Origin: an uncultured Chloroflexia bacterium
Lineage (GTDB): Bacteria; Chloroflexota; Dehalococcoidia; GIF9; UBA5629
NCBI GenBank assembly: GCA_963775935.1
Contig: CAVZKR010000006.1
Span: forward strand, 111,198-175,197
Reading direction: 5' to 3'
Length of the DNA stretch: 64,000 bases
Each line of letters opens with the position of its first letter. Positions within the stretch are counted from its first letter, which is position 1. Positions 19,597 through 26,643 of this stretch are shown here, in pieces. The notes under the pieces are model-generated. The model was given only the letters and a program-made list of their open reading frames with translations. It was not told where the DNA came from and searched no databases. Both the position numbers and the translations under genes were made by a program.

Positions 19597-21057
19597 TTGC
19601 AGACAATTGAAGAACTAATAAACATCGTCGGCAGTCAAAATGTCTACGATGATCCTGAAATACTTTTGTCATATGCACGAGATCAGAGCTTTTATACTCC
19701 TCATATGCCTCATTATGTAGTTAAGCCGAAGAATGCAGATGAAATTCAAAAAATCATTAAACTGGCGAATACAATCAAAATGTCAGTGATACCATGTAGT
19801 TCGGGCATTCACTTTTACGGTAATACGATTCCAAGTATGGGTGGTATCGTACTAGATTTACGACGGATGAATCAAATTCTAGAAATCGATACAAAAAGTA
19901 AGATGGCAAGAATTGAGCCCGGTGTGACCTGGGGGCAGTTGCAAACTGAACTCGCATCGCATGATATGTTCGCCTTCTGTCCGCTTCTTCCTCATCCACT
20001 GAAATCGGTTGTCACTAGTCACCTAGAAAGAGAACCCGCGCTTATACCAAAGTTTGAATACGCTGGAAGTATGGTGACGTTGGAGGTGGTCTTACCAGAC
20101 GGTGAGCTATTTAGAACTGGTTCTGCCTGTGTACCCGGTTTCCCCGATGAATGTCTGACAGAAGGGGCATTTCCGGGAGGACCAGGGGATATTTCCTGGA
20201 ATTGGCTTCTACAGGGCGCCCAAGGAACGCTGGGTGTGGTAACCTGGGCACAAGTCAAAATAGCGCCCTGTCCAAGAACTAACAAAACATATATTATCCC
20301 GTTTGAACGTATTGAGGATGCTATTCAGTTAGTGTATAACGTGCAGAAGCGTATGATAGGAGAGGAATGCCTGATACTCAATTCTTTCAATATGGCTACT
20401 ATCCTGGCTGACAAATGGCCTCAGGACTTTAATAGTCTCATAAAGAAGCTTTCACCATGGATAGTAATCCTGATATCCGGTGGTGGTTGGCGACTCCCTG
20501 AAGGAAGAATAGAATATGAGACCCAGGGACTCCACGAAGCTGCAGCAGAATTACATATCCCTGAACTGCCAGTAACCATACCCGGTATACCCGGCATAGA
20601 AAAAGATTTGCCTAGGATGCTTCGTACTGCATGGACTGAAAAAAAACCTTACTGGAAATTTGCCTATAAGGGCAATTGCCAGGATCTTTTTTTTCACACC
20701 ACACTTAATAGAACACCAGAGTTCGTTCGGCATATTTGCCGAATAGCAGCTCGTTACGATTACACTAGCAATGATATTGGTTTCTATATTCAACCCCTAG
20801 AATATGGTCGTGCCTGCCACTTCGAAAGTAACTTCACCTATGATTCAAATAATCTTGCTGCTATAGATAAGGTTCGTAATCTTTTTGCTGAAGCTGTTGA
20901 AACTACTCTTGATATGGGTGCTTTCTACACAAGGCCTTATGGAATAGTATCCAATATGGTTTATGAACGTACCGCAAGCTATACAATAGCTCTGCGAAAA
21001 CTGAAGCAGCTAATGGATCCCAATAATATTATGTCCCCCGGTAGATTATGTTTTTAG
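19597..21057 (+). CDS. FAD-linked oxidase (FAD_binding_4 / GlcD-VAO family)
   Basis: 486-aa ORF with TTG start after GGGGAGG. PCSSGIHFYG, RIEPGVTWGQL and C-terminal DPNNIMSPGR are typical of GlcD/D-lactate dehydrogenase-like flavoenzymes. Confidence 0.8.
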   Translation: MQTIEELINIVGSQNVYDDPEILLSYARDQSFYTPHMPHYVVKPKNADEIQKIIKLANTIKMSVIPCSSGIHFYGNTIPSMGGIVLDLRRMNQILEIDTKSKMARIEPGVTWGQLQTELASHDMFAFCPLLPHPLKSVVTSHLEREPALIPKFEYAGSMVTLEVVLPDGELFRTGSACVPGFPDECLTEGAFPGGPGDISWNWLLQGAQGTLGVVTWAQVKIAPCPRTNKTYIIPFERIEDAIQLVYNVQKRMIGEECLILNSFNMATILADKWPQDFNSLIKKLSPWIVILISGGGWRLPEGRIEYETQGLHEAAAELHIPELPVTIPGIPGIEKDLPRMLRTAWTEKKPYWKFAYKGNCQDLFFHTTLNRTPEFVRHICRIAARYDYTSNDIGFYIQPLEYGRACHFESNFTYDSNNLAAIDKVRNLFAEAVETTLDMGAFYTRPYGIVSNMVYERTASYTIALRKLKQLMDPNNIMSPGRLCF

Positions 21058-21087
21058 TGCCAAATGATTATATAGGGAGAAGTAATA

Positions 21088-22344
21088 TTGAACATTGAAG
21101 AATATAAACATCAAGCGTCGACATGTGTACGGTGCAGCTTCTGTAAGTTTATCGATCTTAACTGGATTAAAAGCGATAAATTTTCTCGACAGTGCCCAAT
21201 AAATACACGATACAAATTTAATCTCTACTCAGCCCACGGATTAATACATTCAGCGTTAGCTGAGCTGGATAGCAAGCTTGAATTCACCCCAAAACTGATG
21301 GATGCCTTATGGAAATGCAACCTTTGTGGTGGTTGTGACATGCGATGTAAGAGAAATCTCGATGTTGAGGTGTTGCAAGTAATTGAGACTCTGAGGCGGA
21401 GATGTGTCGAAAAAGGAAAGGGCCCGCTAGCTGAGCATAAAATAATAGCCGAAAATGTTAAAACCAGCCACAACATATACGGGGCTGACCAGAAAGGCCG
21501 ACTAGCCTGGATATCGGGTGATATCAAACCATCAAAAAGTGCTGAGTTGCTTTTCTTCGTCGGTGATCCCATGTCTTTTCGACACACAGAATTAGCTAGG
21601 ATAACCCTAAAACTGCTGAATAAGGCGAAGGTACAATGTATGGTATTGGATAATGAATGGAGTAGCGGCCATGAACTTTTTGCAACTGCCCAATTGGAAT
21701 TAGCTAAAGAAATGGCTGAACACAATATAGAAGCTATTAAAAACTCAGGCGCAAAAACGGTTATTACTAGTGATGCGGAATGTTACAAGACTCTTAAGGT
21801 AGACTATCCAAAGATTATGGAGAAATCAACCGAAGATATGCCATACAAAATTCTTCATATTACCGAATATTTTGACCAGCTGATTAAAGATGGTAAGTTC
21901 AAATTCACAAAAGGTGTTCCGATGAAGGTGACCTATCATGATCCCTGTAATTTGGGAAGACTTGCTGAGCCCTGGTTTCACTGGGTACCGAATTATAAAC
22001 CACCTAATATCGCCGTAGGTAAGACATGGAGACGAGGTGACAAGGGTGTGTATGATCCTCCGAGGAATATACTTAAGGAAATCTCAGGAATAGAGCTTGT
22101 TGAGGTAGAAAGAGCTAAAGATAATGCTTGGTGCTGCGGGTACGGTGGTGGAGTAGGAATAGCATTTCCAGATTTTGCCAGATGGGTCACCAGCAAAAGA
22201 ATTGACGAGGTCCTCGCAACAGGAGCTGAGGCGGTTGTAAGTTGTTGTCCTCATTGCAAGAGCATGTTTGGCACAGCCGCAAAAAAAATGGAAACAGCCT
22301 TAAAAGTGTATGATATTACCGAGATAATGCTTCAGGCAGCTTAA
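21088..22344 (+). CDS. Fe-S oxidoreductase with 4Fe-4S motifs and CCG domains (GlcF / HdrD / LutA-like)
   Basis: 418-aa ORF with CVRCSFCKF..CP and CNLCGGCDMRC cluster motifs, plus YHDPCNLGR and WCCGYGGG cysteine-rich (CCG) domains. Confidence 0.8.
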   Translation: MNIEEYKHQASTCVRCSFCKFIDLNWIKSDKFSRQCPINTRYKFNLYSAHGLIHSALAELDSKLEFTPKLMDALWKCNLCGGCDMRCKRNLDVEVLQVIETLRRRCVEKGKGPLAEHKIIAENVKTSHNIYGADQKGRLAWISGDIKPSKSAELLFFVGDPMSFRHTELARITLKLLNKAKVQCMVLDNEWSSGHELFATAQLELAKEMAEHNIEAIKNSGAKTVITSDAECYKTLKVDYPKIMEKSTEDMPYKILHITEYFDQLIKDGKFKFTKGVPMKVTYHDPCNLGRLAEPWFHWVPNYKPPNIAVGKTWRRGDKGVYDPPRNILKEISGIELVEVERAKDNAWCCGYGGGVGIAFPDFARWVTSKRIDEVLATGAEAVVSCCPHCKSMFGTAAKKMETALKVYDITEIMLQAA

Positions 22345-22357
22345 TAGACGAAAGGAG

Positions 22358-23842
22358 ATGGCGATGAGCCTGTCAAAAGAGATTTACCAAACGTTAGAAT
22401 CTATTGTTGGGCCTGAATGGGTGAGCGATGATCCTGCAATATGCGAAGCAGACCGATTTTGCAACTCTGTTGCTATACCAGTGGCACCATATAGGCCAGC
22501 ATGCAGTATAGAACCAGCCAATAGTGAAGAGGTACAGGCAATTGTTAAAGTAGCAAATAGATATAGAGTGCCCTTCATTGCCACAAGTACTTTCTACGCA
22601 CCAGAAACTCATGCTAGAAGAGAAAACTCGATTCTAATAGATTTGAAAAGAATGGACAAACTGGAGATAGATGAAGAAAACCTATATGCCGTAGTTGAAC
22701 CGGGCGTTTGTTTCTCAGTTCTTCAAGCTGAGCTATTGAAGAAAAACCTTTTTACATTTGTACCCGGCTGTGGCGGCAATGCTTCGGTATTAGCGAATAC
22801 AATTAATATGGGTGATGCACCACTTGGATGGAGACATGGATTGGGCTATCAGAGAATATTAGCTGCTGAGTGGGTTCTCCCAGACGGAGAGATGCTACAG
22901 TTAGGTTCTCGGTCCTTATCTCAAAACTTTTTCTGGGGCGAAGGTCCTGGTCCCGACCTCCGTGGTCTATTGAGAGGAAGCAGGGGCCAGAGGTCGCGGC
23001 TCGGCATAGTGACTAAGTTAGGTGTAAAAGTATTTCCGTTTATCTCCGAGAAACTCGAGCCGCAAGGATGGGCATATCATACTTCAATGAAATTGCCGGA
23101 TAACAGACTCAAGTGGTACAACATTATGTTCTCTAAGAAAGAGGATGCTGTTAACGCAATTTGTGAGCTCGGCAAATGTGAAATAGGGTTAATTGTCATG
23201 ACAGTGCCACCACTTTTTAGGGGCATTGCAAGAAGTCGAGGTGTTGGTTGCGGTGGATTCTGGGAATACTGGCTTGAAGCCGGGCCCAAATTAGATCCAA
23301 ATCAGGAAGTTCTCAGGGTTCTCCTTTATGGAATAGGCTCCAGTAAGCGATTAGGCTATGAGGAAGAAGTACTGCTTGATATCTGTAAGGCATATAATGG
23401 ACAGGCGCGACCTGCACGAGGTATTGATGAGACGAATTTTATGGCCGCAGATGCCATTTGTGCCGCGGTTGTCGGCGGTCGATTTACTTCTGAGGTGGCT
23501 TATGAATCCATGAACCTTGCGCAGAAATACAGCGTCATTATTAATGAGGTAACAAATAGGCATAAACCCCCAATATTAGAAGATTACGGGACAACCAATT
23601 GGATTTGCCCATATGAATTAGGTTATGTGGTCAAGTTAGAATGTCTGAGAGTAGCATCAGCAGAAGATGGTCAAGCACTAATGGAATTTGTGGAAGATGC
23701 TTTCAATACTTGCCTTAAGGTAGGTGCCTTCACTCTACACCCCGAGCCCGATTTATTTGGTCCAGTTTGGGAAAACTATCATGTGAAAGAAAGAAGAATT
23801 AGGCAAGCTTTTGATCCAAATAATGTTTCATTCCCTGAATAG
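22358..23842 (+). CDS. FAD-linked oxidase (second FAD_binding_4 / GlcD-VAO family member)
   Basis: 494-aa ORF (ATG 22358, or 22364 with better GGAG spacing). VVEPGVCFSVLQAEL and C-terminal DPNNVSFPE. Confidence 0.8.
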   Translation: MAMSLSKEIYQTLESIVGPEWVSDDPAICEADRFCNSVAIPVAPYRPACSIEPANSEEVQAIVKVANRYRVPFIATSTFYAPETHARRENSILIDLKRMDKLEIDEENLYAVVEPGVCFSVLQAELLKKNLFTFVPGCGGNASVLANTINMGDAPLGWRHGLGYQRILAAEWVLPDGEMLQLGSRSLSQNFFWGEGPGPDLRGLLRGSRGQRSRLGIVTKLGVKVFPFISEKLEPQGWAYHTSMKLPDNRLKWYNIMFSKKEDAVNAICELGKCEIGLIVMTVPPLFRGIARSRGVGCGGFWEYWLEAGPKLDPNQEVLRVLLYGIGSSKRLGYEEEVLLDICKAYNGQARPARGIDETNFMAADAICAAVVGGRFTSEVAYESMNLAQKYSVIINEVTNRHKPPILEDYGTTNWICPYELGYVVKLECLRVASAEDGQALMEFVEDAFNTCLKVGAFTLHPEPDLFGPVWENYHVKERRIRQAFDPNNVSFPE

Positions 23843-23888
23843 GGGAAAATTACATTAGATTATTATACTCTCACTTTATGGAGGTTAC

Positions 23889-26540
23889 GTGATACCGAAA
23901 AAAAACAATCCAAAACGAGAAACTGTAGGAGAAAAAAGCATAGTAAAAGGGCTCGGTTTTTGCTCGGTTATGTCAGATTCAAATGTATCTGTCGTTGATG
24001 TTAAAAACGGAAAGATCGTCAGGATCAGACCCTTACACTATGACTGGAAGTACAATGATTTAAAGCCATGGCAGATGGAAGCACGTGGTCAGTTATTTAA
24101 GGCAACGACGAAGTCTTTAATACCTCCTTTTGCTTTAGCATACAAGAAGCGAGCTATTTCACCCAACAGGATACTCTATCCACTAAAGAGAGTGGATTGG
24201 AACCCCAATGGAGAAAGAAATCCACAGAATAGAGGTAATGCTCATTATGTCAGAATTACTTGGGATGAAGCGCTGGACATAATCGTCGGAGAAATAAGGA
24301 GGATTATTAAAACCTATGGACCTGAGGCAATCCTTGCCCAGTCAGATGGTCACGGCGAAACAAAAACTATTCACGCACCTCATGGTTGCCAGAGACCTCT
24401 TCTTATGCTTCTCGGTGGGTATACAATGCAGCTTCGGAATACGGATAGCTGGGAGGGATGGTATTGGGGAGCTAAACATATGTGGGGATGTGAACCACTC
24501 GGGCAAATGTCTCCATCAACAAATACATTTCCAGATGCGGCTGAAAACACGGAGCTCATGTTGTTTTGGGGTTGTGATCCAGAAACTACGACGTGGGGCT
24601 GGCAAGGACAATTGTCCAGCAAATTGTGCTATTGGTTTACGGATCTGGGGATAAAACAAATATATATATGTCCTGACTTAAATTATGGGGCCGCGGTTCA
24701 TGCGGATAAGTGGATTCCTATTTTACCAAATACCGATACCGCTATGCGCCTGGCAATAGCTTACCAGTGGATTGTCGAAGGCACTTATGACAAAGACTAT
24801 CTAGCCACGCACTCCTTCGGTTTCGATAAATTTGAAGCTTATGTATTAGGCAAAGAAGATGGAATACCGAAAACTCCTAAGTGGGCCTCAGAAAAAACCG
24901 GAGTTCCATCTCGTATTATTAAAGTATTGGCCAGAGAATGGGCAAGGAAAAGTACCTCAATTATGCACTCAAACGGAGGTCCCGCCATCAGAGGACCTTA
25001 CGCAACTGAAGCGGCCAGGTTGGAGGTCTGCCTGCTGGCCATGCAGGGACTGGGCAAACCTGGAGTACACCAGATTAAATTTATCGAATGGGGTCTTTTC
25101 AGCGAGCCATGGCAATATCCTTTACCCGCGGGGGTAGAGCTTCCAGATGTATTTGCTGCTTGTCCTGGGCAGCGATCAGCCTTAGCCGCAGAGATGAAAG
25201 GCTTGATTACGCTGGATGAAATAAGAGACCAGAGTATACCTAAACAACATATACCCAAAACTCACATTCATGATGCTATTCTCGACCCGCCTTTGAAGTG
25301 GTATGGCCATGGTGATGCGGGTCAACCAGTGACAGACCAGTTTATTGAATACAAATATCCGGCAGATGGATGTTCTGAAATACACATGATCTGGACCGAT
25401 ACGCCATGTCTAATGACGTGCTGGAATGATAGTAATAGTACTGCGAAGGCATACCAAAACTCCAAAATCGAGTTCATTCTCGCCCAGCATCCATGGATGG
25501 AAAATGACTGCCTTTTCGCCGATATCATTCTACCTTCCAATACTAAATTTGAAACTCCGAGTGACATTTCAACCGATGTTTTTAGCGGCCAATTTCATAG
25601 TATCGTCCTTGAAGAACAATGCATAAAACCTGTGGGTGAGTCCATGAGTGATTATGAGATTGTATGCAAAATAGCTGAGCGTATGGGCTTACTGAAGGAA
25701 TACACCAAGGGTAAATCAAATGAAGAATGGATTCGATTTGGCTATAAGACTTCTGGTGTGGCACATATGGTAAGCTGGGATGAACTTGAGGATAAGAAAT
25801 ACTGGGTAGTACCTGTGAATCCTACATGGGAAAAAAATAAGCCAGGATTGAGAGCCTTTTTTGAAGATCCTGCGAATAATCCTCTAACAACACCTTCAGG
25901 GAAAATTGAGTTCTATTCTCAAAATTTAGCCAAGTACTTTCCTAATGATATCGAAAGGCCACCCGTGCCACATTGGATTGAAAAGGGTGAGAGTCACGAT
26001 GAGAGCATATCCAGCGAAAGAGCCAAACACTATCCCTTGCTTTTAATGTCAAATCACGGACGCTGGAGGTTGCATGCTCAACTTGATGATATCACCTGGT
26101 TCAGAGAAATCGAAACCTGCAAAGTAAGAGGGGATGACGGTTACCTCTACGAACCTGCGTGGATTCATCCCAAAACTGCAGAAGAGAGAGGTATTAAGAA
26201 CGGTAATATCGTTAAGGTTCTTAACGAGAGAGGAACTGTCCTTTGTGGGGCTTATGTAACAGAAAGAATTATGCCAGGTGTTGTCTACGTAGACCATGGC
26301 GCCAGATATGATCCAGTAGTTATAGGAGAACTTGATAGGGGTGGCGCAATAAACACTATTACTCCGCACAATTGTACCTCGAAGAATACAGTTGGTATGG
26401 CTATCAGTGGTTTTCTCGTCGAGGTTGAACGGGCTGACCTCGATGAATTGAGAAGGAAATATCCAGAAGCATTTAATAGACCATACGATCAGGTATCTGG
26501 TCTGAAATTTGAGAGAGTATTAGTTCGAGGTAAAGGCTAA
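23889..26540 (+). CDS. Molybdopterin (bis-PGD, DMSO-reductase superfamily) catalytic subunit, pyrogallol-transhydroxylase-like, copy 1
   Basis: 883-aa ORF, GTG start after GGAGG. Superfamily blocks DSWEGWYWGAKHMWG, ADKWIPILPNTDTA, FILAQHPWMENDCLFADIILP, and the C-terminal barrel GNIVKVLNERGTVLCGAYVTERIMPGVVYVDHGA. Only one Cys in the first 60 aa and no RR motif. Confidence 0.85.
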   Translation: MIPKKNNPKRETVGEKSIVKGLGFCSVMSDSNVSVVDVKNGKIVRIRPLHYDWKYNDLKPWQMEARGQLFKATTKSLIPPFALAYKKRAISPNRILYPLKRVDWNPNGERNPQNRGNAHYVRITWDEALDIIVGEIRRIIKTYGPEAILAQSDGHGETKTIHAPHGCQRPLLMLLGGYTMQLRNTDSWEGWYWGAKHMWGCEPLGQMSPSTNTFPDAAENTELMLFWGCDPETTTWGWQGQLSSKLCYWFTDLGIKQIYICPDLNYGAAVHADKWIPILPNTDTAMRLAIAYQWIVEGTYDKDYLATHSFGFDKFEAYVLGKEDGIPKTPKWASEKTGVPSRIIKVLAREWARKSTSIMHSNGGPAIRGPYATEAARLEVCLLAMQGLGKPGVHQIKFIEWGLFSEPWQYPLPAGVELPDVFAACPGQRSALAAEMKGLITLDEIRDQSIPKQHIPKTHIHDAILDPPLKWYGHGDAGQPVTDQFIEYKYPADGCSEIHMIWTDTPCLMTCWNDSNSTAKAYQNSKIEFILAQHPWMENDCLFADIILPSNTKFETPSDISTDVFSGQFHSIVLEEQCIKPVGESMSDYEIVCKIAERMGLLKEYTKGKSNEEWIRFGYKTSGVAHMVSWDELEDKKYWVVPVNPTWEKNKPGLRAFFEDPANNPLTTPSGKIEFYSQNLAKYFPNDIERPPVPHWIEKGESHDESISSERAKHYPLLLMSNHGRWRLHAQLDDITWFREIETCKVRGDDGYLYEPAWIHPKTAEERGIKNGNIVKVLNERGTVLCGAYVTERIMPGVVYVDHGARYDPVVIGELDRGGAINTITPHNCTSKNTVGMAISGFLVEVERADLDELRRKYPEAFNRPYDQVSGLKFERVLVRGKG

Positions 26541-26551
26541 TCACAAAGACT

Positions 26552-26641
26552 ATGATCGTCGACATCACCCGGTGCAATGGTTGCCATAACTGCCCAATTG
26601 TTTATGAGTACGAGTGTATACTTGATGAAGGGAGCCAATAG
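26552..26641 (+). pseudogene. 29-codon relic of a 4Fe-4S ferredoxin-type beta-subunit gene
   Basis: ATG 26552 to TAG 26641 translates MIVDITRCNGCHNCPIVYEYECILDEGSQ. This is the characteristic N-terminus (VDxxxCxGCxxC) of DMSO-reductase-family beta subunits. It is too short for a full subunit, and the RBS of the next gene lies inside it. Confidence 0.5.
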
Positions 26642-26643
26642 TA

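Noticed and set aside
21225-21725. Long antisense ORFs inside well-supported genes (21225-21725, 28678-29316, 27031-27459, 33046-33483, 50152-50640, 18910-19311, 31133-31600)
   Set aside because: Each lies fully inside a gene with strong family motifs on the other strand, lacks an RBS, and gives low-complexity or motif-free translations. These are typical antisense open frames, not overlapping genes.
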